64,000 nt of DNA, taken from contig JAKPKV010000186.1 in assembly GCA_029553475.1 (NCBI GenBank), forward strand, positions 7,808 through 71,807, in the 5' to 3' direction. Position numbers and translations under genes: made by a program. A model generated the notes under the pieces. It saw only the letters and a program-made list of their open reading frames with translations. It did not search any database and was not told where the DNA came from. Positions 28,814 through 40,192 of the stretch are shown one piece after another. The stretch is from Armatimonadota bacterium. Lineage in GTDB: Bacteria; Armatimonadota; Hebobacteria; CAIYQO01. Numbering within the stretch: the stretch's first letter is position 1; every line of letters begins with the position of its first letter.

Positions 28814-29815
28814 ATGACCAGCCGCGACATCGTCATCCGCACGTTAGAGTTCACCGGTCCCGCGCGCACCGCCTACGCCTTCGCGTATGACCACTTTTCC
28901 GACCTGTGCGGGGCCAGCGCCTCGGCCACGACGCTGACCCGCCCGCCGCGCGATCTGCACGCGGAGTTCCCCGACTTCGCCGGCGACCTGTGGGAGGACG
29001 AGTGGGGCAACGTCTGGGGCCGGCTGGATCAGTTCTCCAAAGGGGAGAGCCTCGCCGGCGCGATCCGCGCGTGGAGCGATCTGGACACCTATCGTTGGCC
29101 GGACCTGGACAACCCTGCGCGCTACGCCGACTGCGCGGCGCGCTGGGCGGCGCACCCCGACAAGTACCACCTGGCGTGGATGGCGGGCTGGGCCTTCAAT
29201 ATCTGCCGCTACCTGCGCAAATTCGAGACCTTCCTGATGGACATCGCCGCCGAGCCGGAACAGGTGGCGCGCCTGCTGGCGATGGCGGACGACCTCATCT
29301 GCCGGCAGATAGACTGCCTGGCCGATGCCGGCGCCGACGGCGTGATGGTGGGCGAAGACTGGGGCACGCAGGACCGGCTGCTCATCAGCCCGCTGGCGTG
29401 GCGCGATCTCTTCAAACCGGGCATCGCCCGCTGCTGCGCCCGCGCCCACGCGCGCGGCCTGCACGTCTGGATGCACTCCTGCGGCTGCATGACCGCCGTC
29501 ATCCCCGATCTCATCGAGTGCGGGGTGGACCTGCTGCAGTTCGACCAGCCGGCGCTGCACGGCATCGAGCGGCTGGGCCGCGAATTCGGCGGCATGGTCG
29601 CCTTCTGGTGCCCGGTGGATATTCAGACCACCATGCAGACCGGCGACCGCGCGACCATCGAGGCGGAAGCGCGCGCGCTGATTGACCGGCTCGGCCGCTT
29701 CGGCGGCGGCTTCGTCGCCGGCGAATATGGCTCCTGGGAGGCCATCGGCGTGGAGCGCGCCTGGGGCGACTGGGCCTGCGACGCCTTCATGGCCTATGGC
29801 GGGCGGCCGGCATAA
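28814..29815 (+). CDS. uroporphyrinogen decarboxylase (URO-D) family protein (MtaA/CmuA-like)
   Basis: MTSRDIVIRTLEF...DR-P N-terminus and a TIM-barrel-like body with a URO-D family C-terminus. Confidence 0.6.
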   Translation: MTSRDIVIRTLEFTGPARTAYAFAYDHFSDLCGASASATTLTRPPRDLHAEFPDFAGDLWEDEWGNVWGRLDQFSKGESLAGAIRAWSDLDTYRWPDLDNPARYADCAARWAAHPDKYHLAWMAGWAFNICRYLRKFETFLMDIAAEPEQVARLLAMADDLICRQIDCLADAGADGVMVGEDWGTQDRLLISPLAWRDLFKPGIARCCARAHARGLHVWMHSCGCMTAVIPDLIECGVDLLQFDQPALHGIERLGREFGGMVAFWCPVDIQTTMQTGDRATIEAEARALIDRLGRFGGGFVAGEYGSWEAIGVERAWGDWACDAFMAYGGRPA

Positions 29816-29859
29816 CCTCCGTCATGCCGGCCGCCGCGCCGCGCCATCACTCCGCGCGC

Positions 29860-30501
29860 CTATGTATTGGTCCCCGGCAGGTAGGACGTGGTGATGTCCC
29901 GCCCGATGCCTTCGCTGATATACGTGTGGCGCAGCGCCACCGCGTCCTTCAGGTATTCCGGATAGGTGACGTAGATGGCGATCACCTGCCGTTCCGCGCT
30001 GCCCGGCCCCAGCGGGGCCACATCGAACGAGATGCCCTGGTTGATATAGTAGAATTCGCGCAGCGTGAACCCCTGCATCGGCACGGCGAAGACGAAATCG
30101 GGTTTCCCGTAGGCGTCCAGCATCTCCCGCTCCGTCATGAAGCAGGTGATGCCCTTCTCCGTTTTCAGCCCGTCAAAGCCGATGGCCATCACCAGGTCCA
30201 CCCGGTCGCTGCCCCGCGCCGTCTCCACGGCAAGGTCGGGCACCGTGTAGCCGGGATTATCAATCATGAACCAGCCGTAGGCTTCGCTGTCCGCCGGGCC
30301 GCCGTACAGCTCCAGCATGCCGCCGGTCTGCACCATGTCGGGCTTGCCCATCTTCGCCGTCAGGTCATCCAGCGTCAGCGTGCCGGGACGCAGGCCGTTC
30401 AGGCTCTCCGGCGGCGCCGTGCGTTTCGTCTGCGCCTGGAGCTGCCCCACGCCCAGGCAAAGCGCCAGGCCCAGAATCAGTAATCGTTGCGACAATGTCA
30501 T
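29860..30501 (-). CDS. hypothetical secreted protein, paralog of the next gene
   Basis: Signal peptide MTLSQRLLILGLALCLGVGQLQAQ. Shares LAGL-PG, VETARGSDRVDLVMAIGFDGL and TYPEYLKDAV with 30530-31177. GGAGG RBS. Confidence 0.5.
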   Translation of the reverse strand: MTLSQRLLILGLALCLGVGQLQAQTKRTAPPESLNGLRPGTLTLDDLTAKMGKPDMVQTGGMLELYGGPADSEAYGWFMIDNPGYTVPDLAVETARGSDRVDLVMAIGFDGLKTEKGITCFMTEREMLDAYGKPDFVFAVPMQGFTLREFYYINQGISFDVAPLGPGSAERQVIAIYVTYPEYLKDAVALRHTYISEGIGRDITTSYLPGTNT

Positions 30502-30529
30502 CTGCTCCTCCTTTGTGGGGCCGGGGCCG

Positions 30530-31177
30530 TTATTCCGGCGGAATGGCGAGCCGCGCCCAGACCCGATAACCAGCGGTAATGTCTTCCACGCGCGCGCCGC
30601 GGCGCACCATCTCCACGCGCCAGGACACGCCATTCCGCAGATAGGCCGGATAGGTGAGGATCAGCCGGGTGATCGTCCAGTTCGGCCGCCCGGTGATCTG
30701 CGACAACACCAGGTGCACCCCGGCATCCAGGTAGAACAGCTCGCGGTAGCGCGCGTAGCCGATCTGCCATTCAAAGGCGAAATCCGGCAGGCCGTACAAT
30801 CGCACCGCCACGTCATCGCCCACCAGCGTGGTCAGCCCGCGCCCGGTGCCCAGGCCGGGATAGGAATCCACCATGATGAGATTCACGCGCGCGTCGCGAT
30901 AGCCCGTCTCCACCGTCACCCCGCGGTACGGCCCGATATCGCCCGGCGCCCAGCGATAGGCGCGGGACAGCGCCTCGCCGCCGGAGAAATAGGACATGCT
31001 GCCCGGCACCGCGGCGTCATACCCGCCCAGCACGCGCACCGCGTCCGCCAGCAGCACCCGCCCCGGCGTCAATCCCGCCAGTGTCTCCGGCGGCGCGGCG
31101 GGCGCCTGCGCCCCGGCCGGCAGGCAGACCATCATGCAGAACACGATCGGCATCAGCCGTGCGAATATGGCGTTCAT
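30530..31177 (-). CDS. hypothetical secreted protein, tandem paralog
   Basis: Signal peptide MNAIFARLMPIVFCMMVCLPAGAQA. Motifs VETGYRDARVNLIMVDSYPGL and TYPAYLRNGV parallel the upstream paralog. GGAGG RBS. Confidence 0.5.
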   Translation of the reverse strand: MNAIFARLMPIVFCMMVCLPAGAQAPAAPPETLAGLTPGRVLLADAVRVLGGYDAAVPGSMSYFSGGEALSRAYRWAPGDIGPYRGVTVETGYRDARVNLIMVDSYPGLGTGRGLTTLVGDDVAVRLYGLPDFAFEWQIGYARYRELFYLDAGVHLVLSQITGRPNWTITRLILTYPAYLRNGVSWRVEMVRRGARVEDITAGYRVWARLAIPPE

Positions 31178-31324
31178 CAGGATGCCTCCGCTGACACCGT
31201 CCCCACCGCGCCGACATCCGACACCGACGCCGTGCTCCGCCCGCGCGCTGTTGCGCGCCGTTGGCGACAATGGCGCTTCGCGCGCTCAGCGCCAGCGGCG
31301 GGCGGAACACTCCCGCCACGCATG

Positions 31325-31345
31325 CGCCGTTTCTGGTATAATGCG
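31325..31345 (+). promoter_or_regulatory. extended -10 promoter TGGTATAATGCG upstream of the SIS gene
   Basis: TGgTATAAT at about 31334-31342, 43 nt upstream of the ATG. The same 12-mer TGGTATAATGCG recurs in the pyr promoter. Confidence 0.35.
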
Positions 31346-31384
31346 GTCGGACCGCCGTCAACCGGACGCTGGAAGGAGACCGCC

Positions 31385-32446
31385 ATGCCCGACGCCGCCC
31401 CCGGCCACCTCATGATTAACGAAATCCGCGAGCAGCCGCTGGCCATCAGCCGGCTCATCGCCGCCGAGCTCGAGCGCGTCTGGGCGATGGCCGAGCGCTG
31501 GCACGCCGCGCCGCCGCGCATGATCTTCATCGCCGCGCGCGGCACCTCCGACCACGCGGCGCTCTACGCGAAGTACCTCTTCGAGACGGCGACGGAAATC
31601 CCGGTGGGGCTGGCGGCGCCCTCCGTCGCCAGCGTCTATCAGGCGGATGTGCGCTATGACGGCGCGCTGGTCATCGGCATCTCGCAATCCGGCGAGGCGG
31701 CGGATGTCATCAGCGTGCTGGAGCGCGCGGCGCGCAACGGCGCCGACACGCTGGCGATCACCAATGTGGCGGACTCGCCGCTCATCGCCGCCGCCCAGCA
31801 ATCGCTCATCCTGCACGCCAACCCGGAGCTCTCGGTGGCGGCGACGAAGACTTTCACCAGCACGCTGGCCGGCCTGCTGCTGCTCGCCGCGGCCATCGGC
31901 CGCGACCAGGCGCTGCGCGACCACCTGCTCGCCATCCCGCGCATCATGCTGGAGGTGCTGGGCCGCGAAGGCGAGATCCGCGCGAAGGTGGAGCGCTTCC
32001 GCTATCTGGAAGAGTGCGTGGTGCTCGGCCGCGGCTACAACCTGGGCACCGCGTATGAATTGGCGCTGAAACTGCGCGAGACGAGCTACATCCGCGCGCA
32101 GCCCTTCGCCTCGCCGGACTTCGTGCACGGCCCCATCGCCATCATCGAAGCGGGCTACCCGGTCATCGCCTTCGCCAATGACGGCCCGACGCTGCCGACG
32201 GTGATGCAGGTGATCGAGCAGACGCAGGCGCTGGGCGCGGAGGCGGTGGTCATCGGCAACGCCGCGAGCGCGCTGCGCGCGGCGGACGTGGCCTTCTCCG
32301 TGGCGGTGGGCCAGCCGGTGCCGGAAGTCATCAGCCCGTTCCCCGCCATCCTCGCCGGCCAGCTCATCGCCCAGGCGCTCTCCGTGCTCAAGGGAAACGA
32401 TCCCGACGCGCCGCGAGGCTTGCGCAAGGTGACCATTACGCGTTAA
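31385..32446 (+). CDS. SIS-domain sugar isomerase (GlmS C-terminal-like / AgaS / glucosamine-6-phosphate deaminase type, two SIS domains)
   Basis: IFIAARGTSDHAALYAKYLFE ... GISQSGEAADVISVLERAARNGADTLAITN is the SIS motif. GGAAGGAG RBS. Confidence 0.7.
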   Translation: MPDAAPGHLMINEIREQPLAISRLIAAELERVWAMAERWHAAPPRMIFIAARGTSDHAALYAKYLFETATEIPVGLAAPSVASVYQADVRYDGALVIGISQSGEAADVISVLERAARNGADTLAITNVADSPLIAAAQQSLILHANPELSVAATKTFTSTLAGLLLLAAAIGRDQALRDHLLAIPRIMLEVLGREGEIRAKVERFRYLEECVVLGRGYNLGTAYELALKLRETSYIRAQPFASPDFVHGPIAIIEAGYPVIAFANDGPTLPTVMQVIEQTQALGAEAVVIGNAASALRAADVAFSVAVGQPVPEVISPFPAILAGQLIAQALSVLKGNDPDAPRGLRKVTITR

Positions 32447-32556
32447 TATAAGTGCGCGGACCGCGGATAGACTTGTATGCCGATACGACCGCGCGGCATA
32501 TTGCGTATACCATCAACGGTCTCGTTCGCCCGCGGCAGCATTCCCGGCGATCACCC

Positions 32557-32578
32557 CCCGTGTGCATGCACACGGGGT
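32557..32578. promoter_or_regulatory. perfect 22-bp palindrome CCCCGTGTGCATGCACACGGGG, candidate operator upstream of the DegT-like gene
   Basis: Read directly; self-complementary, about 40 nt upstream of the ATG at 32619. Confidence 0.3.
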
Positions 32579-32618
32579 CACCCCGTCAACACAGACGAAT
32601 CTGAGGAGGTTTTCTCGC

Positions 32619-33737
32619 ATGCAGGTCAGTTTCTATGGCCACGTCCGCCAGTATCACACCCTGAAGGCCGAGATTGACGCGGCCATTCTGCAGGTGCTCG
32701 AGTCCGGCCAGTACGTCATGGGTCCCGCCCTGTCGCGTTTCGAAGGCGAATTGGCGGCCTACGCCGGCACCAAGCACGCCATCGGCGTGGGCAACGGCAC
32801 CGACGCCATCTGGCTCGTGCTGATGGCGCTGGGCATCGGCCCCGGCGATGAAGTCATCACCATGCCCAACACCTTCTTCGCCACCGCCGAGGCGATCTGG
32901 GTCGCCGGCGCCAAGGCCGTCTTCGTGGACTGCGACCCCAAGACGAAGAACATTGACCCGGCGCTGATCGAGGCCGCCATCACCCCGCGCACGAAGGCCA
33001 TCATCCCCGTGCACCTGTACGGGCAGTGCGCGCAGATGGACAAGATCGCCGCCATCGCGAAGCAGCACAACCTCTTCGTGATCGAGGACAACGCCCAGGC
33101 CATTGATGCCGCCGGCGACACCTTCCGCGTCGGCGAGCTCTCCGACGCCGTCTGCACCAGCTTCATCATCCAGAAGAACCTGGGCACCTTCGGCGATGGC
33201 GGCGCGGTGATGACCGATCGCGACGATATCCTCGCCGGCGTGAAGCGCCTGCGCAACCACGGCTCCACCAAGCGCTCCGTGCATTCCTTCGGCTTCAACA
33301 GCCGCCTGGATGACCTGCACGCCGCCATCCTGGGCGTCAAGCTGCAGCGCATCACCGCCTGGTCGGACCGCCGCCGCGCAATCGCCGCCATGTATACGCA
33401 AGCGCTCGCCGGCACCGGCCTGGAGCTGCCCTACGAGCTGCCCGGCTATCGCCACGTCTATCACCTCTACGTCATCGAGACCGCGGCCGAACAGCGCGAC
33501 GCAATGCTCGACTTCCTGGTCGCGCGCGGCGTGGACGCCAAGCAGCACTACCCCATCGCCATCCATCAGCAGGAAGGCTATCCGTGGGGCAAAGAGGCGG
33601 AGATCGTCGGCAGCGTCGCCAACGCCGAAGCCAACGCCGCCCGCTGCATCTCGCTGCCGATGTTCCCGGAACTCACCCAGGACGAGATTGACTACACCAT
33701 CGAGCAGGTGCTCGCCTGGTGCAAGCAGAACGGTTAA
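32619..33737 (+). CDS. DegT/DnrJ/EryC1/StrS family sugar aminotransferase (PLP-dependent)
   Basis: YVMGPALSRFEGELAAYAGTKHAIGVGNGTDAIWL ... typical DegT family. GAGGAGG RBS at 8 nt spacing. Confidence 0.8.
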   Translation: MQVSFYGHVRQYHTLKAEIDAAILQVLESGQYVMGPALSRFEGELAAYAGTKHAIGVGNGTDAIWLVLMALGIGPGDEVITMPNTFFATAEAIWVAGAKAVFVDCDPKTKNIDPALIEAAITPRTKAIIPVHLYGQCAQMDKIAAIAKQHNLFVIEDNAQAIDAAGDTFRVGELSDAVCTSFIIQKNLGTFGDGGAVMTDRDDILAGVKRLRNHGSTKRSVHSFGFNSRLDDLHAAILGVKLQRITAWSDRRRAIAAMYTQALAGTGLELPYELPGYRHVYHLYVIETAAEQRDAMLDFLVARGVDAKQHYPIAIHQQEGYPWGKEAEIVGSVANAEANAARCISLPMFPELTQDEIDYTIEQVLAWCKQNG

Positions 33738-33786
33738 TCACCGGGGCCGCGGACTTGCAGTCCGCCTCGAACAGTAACAACGCGGG

Positions 33787-33818
33787 GGCGAGGGTATCCC
33801 TCGCCCCCGCGTAATCCA
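33787..33818 (+). terminator. GC-rich hairpin GCGGGGGCGAGGG-TATC-CCTCGCCCCCGC after the DegT-like gene (no U-tract)
   Basis: Perfect 13-bp stem read directly. Terminator function is inferred. Confidence 0.35.
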
Positions 33819-33840
33819 TCAGCACCGAGAGGAACCCAGC

Positions 33841-34932
33841 ATGAGTGATCGCGTGTATACCGTGGTCGTCGTCGGCATGGGCAAGCGCGGCAAGCACCAC
33901 GCCGCCGCCTTCCACGCCAACCCGCGCTTCAAAGTCGCCGGCATCTGCGACATTGACGCCGCCCGCCTGGAGGCGGCGGCCGCCGACCTCGGCAACCCGA
34001 AGATCGGCACCGACGCCGCGGCGCTGGCGGCGGAGTTGCGCCCCGACGTCTTCTGCTTCGCCACCATGCCGAATCTCCGCTACGAGATGATGCAGATCGG
34101 CGTGGAGAACGGCGCGAAGCTCATCGCGTTTGAAAAACCCATCGCCCTCACCACCACCGAGGCGCGGCGCATCATGGCGCTGGCGCGCGGCGCGGGCGTG
34201 AAGGCGGTGGTGAGCCACCAGCACCGCTACGGCGAGCACTATCAGCAGGTGAAACAGATCATCGCCAGCGGCGCCATCGGCCGCGTGCAGACCGTCTACG
34301 GCCATGCCACCGGCTGGATGATGCACATGATGACGCACATGCTTGACTACATGAGTTGGTTCAACGGCTCGTATGAGGCCGAGTGGGTGATGGGCCAGGC
34401 CAGCGGCACCGGCAAATTCAGCGACATCCACGCCTCGCCGGATTACCTCGCCGGCGTCATTCAGTACCGCAACGGCGTGCGCGGCTACGTGGAGACCGGC
34501 GCCGGCGCCCCGGACGTGCCGGAGGTGGAGTACTGGTGGCGGAAATGCCGCATCGGCGCGCAGGGCACCGAGGGCTTCGCCGAGACGCTCACCGGCGGCG
34601 GCTGGCGCGCGGTGACAAAGGACGGCGTCTTCAGCGGCCCCGGCTGCATGAACTACGACCTGGACATGCCGCCCTATATCGCCGACATGGCGGCGTGGCT
34701 GGACGACGACGGCGCCGTGCATCCGTGCAATATCGAGGCCGCCTACCGGGGGTTCGAGATGATGATGGGCCTCTGCCGCTCCGTCGTCTCCCGCGGCCAG
34801 GTCGCCCTCCCGCTCGGCGACGGCCCGGCGGAGATTGACGCCCTGCGAGACGTCCTCGGCGGCACCCCGGCCCTGCTGTCCCTGGCAGGCAACCTGAAGG
34901 AATATCCGAACGGCGTCATCGTCTCCGCCTGA
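33841..34932 (+). CDS. Gfo/Idh/MocA family oxidoreductase
   Basis: VVVVGMGKRGKHHAAAF Rossmann motif; EKP motif (AFEKPIALT). Confidence 0.75.
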   Translation: MSDRVYTVVVVGMGKRGKHHAAAFHANPRFKVAGICDIDAARLEAAAADLGNPKIGTDAAALAAELRPDVFCFATMPNLRYEMMQIGVENGAKLIAFEKPIALTTTEARRIMALARGAGVKAVVSHQHRYGEHYQQVKQIIASGAIGRVQTVYGHATGWMMHMMTHMLDYMSWFNGSYEAEWVMGQASGTGKFSDIHASPDYLAGVIQYRNGVRGYVETGAGAPDVPEVEYWWRKCRIGAQGTEGFAETLTGGGWRAVTKDGVFSGPGCMNYDLDMPPYIADMAAWLDDDGAVHPCNIEAAYRGFEMMMGLCRSVVSRGQVALPLGDGPAEIDALRDVLGGTPALLSLAGNLKEYPNGVIVSA

Positions 34933-35023
34933 CCCCGCGGCCAACGCGCCTCCCCGCGCGGTGATCCGCGTGGGGAGGGCGCGATTGAGCGGGGGGATAT
35001 ACGCCGCGGCGGGCCGCCGCCCG

Positions 35024-36094
35024 TTAGAACCGCAGCGCGCGCACCTGATCCAGATACCACGTATACTCCGCCAGCGACACGCCGGGGGTGATCAGGTGGT
35101 CGGGGAGCAGGAGAAAACCCCCGTCCTTCATCAACGGCATGAGACGCGCGAACTCCGCCTCCACGTCGGCGCGCCCGCGCTCCAGCGCCAGCTTGTCAAA
35201 ATTCCCGATGACGCGCAATTCCTTGCCGTAGCGCTTCCGGTACGCGTTGGCATCGCCCTTCCACGTGCCCACCTCGATGGGGAACTGCACGTTGACGCCG
35301 GCATCGAGCCAGTGGCCGACCAGATCGCGCACGTCGCCGTCGGAATCAATGCCGAGCAGCTTCACGCCGTATTCTTCCAGCTTGTTGCGGATCTTGCGGT
35401 AGCCGGGCGCCACGCACTCGTCGAAAATCTCCGGGCTCACCAGCGGCCCGCTCTTGCCGCAGATATCCTCCCAGCCATGCGCGTAATCCACGCCGCTCTT
35501 CACCTTCGGCAGCACCTGGTCAATGGCCCAGCAGGTCAGGTCGGCGAGCGTCATTACCATGTCGGCGTAGACATCGCGGTCGTCATACATCAGGTAGGAC
35601 ATATTCTCGACGCCCATCCAGTTGCGAATCCACCCCATCATTGAGGCGATCTCGAACTCCACGGGCAGGCCGGATGCCTCGATAGCGGCGATGCGCGCGT
35701 CAATATCCGCCGGGATGCGGTCGGGATGCGGCTGCAAGCGTTTTTTGTATGCCTCCCAGCCGCCGGCGTCTTTCAGCGTGAAGTCAATGTAATGGGGGAT
35801 GCAGCTTTTGTGCTTCCAATCCTGGCAGACGACGCCGTCACGGTCGCGGACGATGCGGTATTCCTCCGTTTCCTCCAGCACCTCTTCGTCAAACCAGGGG
35901 TAGAGACTCAATCGCGTCCAGATGCCCGCCCACAGCGGACTGGCATGAAAATACTCGTGCACGTTGGCGTCGCGCGGCAAGCCTTCGGCATACCAGCGCT
36001 CCATCGTTTCTTCCCAGCCCGTCCAGTGCAGCACGGGCATGCGATCGTAATCGCCGTAAAACATGATCTCGCGGAACAGGTCACGGTAGGTCAT
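35024..36094 (-). CDS. uroporphyrinogen decarboxylase (URO-D) family protein, second paralog
   Basis: MTYRDLFREIMFYGDYDRMPV N-terminus with a URO-D-like body. AAGGA RBS lies 9 nt before the second ATG. Confidence 0.6.
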   Translation of the reverse strand: MTYRDLFREIMFYGDYDRMPVLHWTGWEETMERWYAEGLPRDANVHEYFHASPLWAGIWTRLSLYPWFDEEVLEETEEYRIVRDRDGVVCQDWKHKSCIPHYIDFTLKDAGGWEAYKKRLQPHPDRIPADIDARIAAIEASGLPVEFEIASMMGWIRNWMGVENMSYLMYDDRDVYADMVMTLADLTCWAIDQVLPKVKSGVDYAHGWEDICGKSGPLVSPEIFDECVAPGYRKIRNKLEEYGVKLLGIDSDGDVRDLVGHWLDAGVNVQFPIEVGTWKGDANAYRKRYGKELRVIGNFDKLALERGRADVEAEFARLMPLMKDGGFLLLPDHLITPGVSLAEYTWYLDQVRALRF

Positions 36095-36290
36095 GGGCAA
36101 ATCCTTCATTCAAGCAGTCTTGCAAAGCTTCGCCCTTCGGAGCCGAGTCCCTGCCGTTCCACGACATTGGGTTGTGGACCGTGCAGCCATCACATCATGC
36201 TGACGGGCGCGCCTATTGTCACCATTTCCCCTGCCTGGCCAGCGCGTTCTCCGCTACCATACCGGTATCACCATCCGAAAGGAGCGATCC

Positions 36291-36935
36291 ATGACGTTCA
36301 TAGCGAAAGAGTTCCCCTCGGTGCAGGGGGTGGACGGGCTGTCCCGGCGGCAGCAGGAGGAGCATTACGCGCTCTACACGGGCTACATCACGAAATGCAA
36401 CGAGCTGACGCGCAAGCTCCGCGAGGTGGACGTGAGCAAGGGCAATGCCACCTACGCTGACGCGCGGGAGATCAAGATCGAGCTGGCGTACGCGCTGGAC
36501 GCGGTGAAGAGCCACGAGCTCTACTTCGGCGCGCTGACGCAGGGCGCGGGCGGCACGCCGGTGGGCAAGACCGCCGAGTTCATCGAACGCGACTTCGGCG
36601 GTTTTGGCGCCTTCCGCGCGGAGATGACCGGCACGGTGATGAGCGCCCGCGGCTGGGCGTGGCTGGCGTATGACCGCTACGACGAGATGCTGCACATCTA
36701 CATCGGCGACACCCACCATACCTACCCCATCTGGGACGCCGCCCCCATCTTCGCCTTCGATGCCTATGAACACGCCTACTTCATGGACTACGGCACCGCG
36801 CGCGCCCAATTCATTGACGCCGTCTTCCGCAATCTCGACTGGAGCGTCATCGAAGACACGCTCCAGTGCGCCCTCCGCGGCGACGCGGTGACGAAAGCCC
36901 GCTGGGAACCGGGGGCGAGCGCGCAAGCGGCGTAA
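36291..36935 (+). CDS. Fe/Mn superoxide-dismutase-like protein (divergent N-terminal domain)
   Basis: C-terminal domain GWAWLAYDRYDEMLHIYIGDTHHTYP...FAFDAYEHAYFMDYGTARAQFIDAVFRNLDWSVIE matches the SOD D-x-WEHAYY pattern. The N-terminal His pairs are partly degenerate. AAGGAG RBS. Confidence 0.55.
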   Translation: MTFIAKEFPSVQGVDGLSRRQQEEHYALYTGYITKCNELTRKLREVDVSKGNATYADAREIKIELAYALDAVKSHELYFGALTQGAGGTPVGKTAEFIERDFGGFGAFRAEMTGTVMSARGWAWLAYDRYDEMLHIYIGDTHHTYPIWDAAPIFAFDAYEHAYFMDYGTARAQFIDAVFRNLDWSVIEDTLQCALRGDAVTKARWEPGASAQAA

Positions 36936-36944
36936 CGCGTTCGG

Positions 36945-37096
36945 TCACCGGGGGTCACCTCTCCCCCCGCCCCCCTCCCCTAAGCGGGGAGGGGGAGTGA
37001 GTTGAGATGCGAAAACGTGTTGTCTTCTCTCTCCGTTTCTCCCCCTCCCCGCTTAGGGGAGGGGGCCGGGGGAGAGGTGACCCCCGATGACGGGCT
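36945..37096. repeat. MITE-like hairpin element with ~47-bp GC-rich terminal inverted repeats
   Basis: GGGGGTCACCTCTCCCCCCGCCCCCCTCCCCTAAGCGGGGAGGGGGAG and its reverse complement flank a 41-bp spacer. A solo copy lies at 18604-18650. The element ends exactly at the pyr promoter -35. Confidence 0.45.
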
Positions 37097-37124
37097 TGAC
37101 GTCCCGCGCCCGCGTTGGTATAAT
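37096..37124 (+). promoter_or_regulatory. sigma70-type promoter of the pyr operon: TTGACG-N17-TATAAT
   Basis: Read directly: -35 at 37096-37101, -10 at 37119-37124. Confidence 0.55.
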
Positions 37125-37150
37125 GCGCTGACACTCGACCTTTTAACGGG

Positions 37151-38889
<1,739 letters not shown>

Positions 38890-38893
<4 letters not shown>

Positions 38894-40167
38894 CGTTAGC
38901 GCTCAAAGATGTGGTACATCAGGGGGAACTGGTCTCGCTGCTCGTTGAAGGCACTGAAGTCTCCACCGTGCGCGATATCCCCGGCGGTGTTGACGTGCTT
39001 GATGGCCGCGGCATGGAAGCGGTTCCCGCGTTGTGGGACGCGCACGTCCACTTCCGCGAACCCGGCAATACCGACGCCGAAGACCTGCTTTCCGGCGCCC
39101 GCGCGGCTGCCGCCGGCGGGTATGGCGCCGTCTGCTGCGAGCCGAATACCCGACCGGTGATGGATACCCTCGACGCGATTCAGGCATTTGACCGCCGCGT
39201 CGAAGCATTGGGCATCCCCATCGGCGTCTACCCGAAGGCGGCTTTGACAAGAGGGCAAGACGGCGCGGAGCTCGTTGACATCGAAGCCATCGCGCCGGAA
39301 GTCACTGCCTTCAGCACGGATGGCGAACCCGTCGTGGACCGTGAGCTGTTGATTGAAGCATTCCGCCGCACGTTCGCATTTGACGAAGAGCAGCCGCGCG
39401 AGATCCACGCCCATTGCGAGGAAACGCCTCGTTCGCACGACCGCGTCGTCGCCGCATTGGGCGATGGGCCCTACCTCGCCCGCGAGACCGAGATCGTGCG
39501 CCTGCACCTTGAAGCGCTCGAAGCCGCCGGCATGGGTTACCTGCGCATTCAGCACGTCAGTCTCCCCGAAACGGTGGAACTGGTCAAGGCGTTCATGTCG
39601 CGCATGCTCGATAGCCCCGGATTATCTCCCATCCTGGTCACGATGGAAGTGACGCCGCACCACCTGCGGCTCTGTCAGGATGATATTCCTGTTGTCGAAG
39701 GCCAACCCGATCCACATTGGAAAATGAATCCGCCGCTGCGCAGCGCGAAGGCACAGCGGGGACTGCTGGCGCACCTGTGGGATTTTGCATATATCGCCAC
39801 TGACCATGCGCCGCATACGCCCGCGTCGAAAGCGCGTCCGTGGGATGATGCGCCGTTCGGCGTCATTGGGCTTGAGACAGCTTTTGGCGCGCTGGCGTCA
39901 TTTGAAGACAATCCGCATTTGCCGATGCAGCGGCAACTGCTGCTCGATCGTTTATCGCCGTCGAATAAAGTGATGTCCCCGGACTCCTCACGGTTCGCGC
40001 AGGGGATTACCCTCATTGACTGGGATCACGTCTGGACGGTAGACCCCGACCGATTCTACTCCAAGTCGCGCAACTGCCCCTTCGCCGGGATGACGTTCCG
40101 CGGGAAGCCGATGTATACCATTGCTGGCGGCCGGGTGGTGATGGCCGAGGGCGAGGTGTTGTTTTGA
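38890..40167 (+). CDS. pyrC: dihydroorotase (ATCase-associated type)
   Basis: DAHVHFREPG ... TDHAPH amidohydrolase metal-ligand motifs. ATGA overlap with pyrB. Confidence 0.75.
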
Positions 40168-40192
40168 ACTTGCAACCCGGAATCTGGAACCG

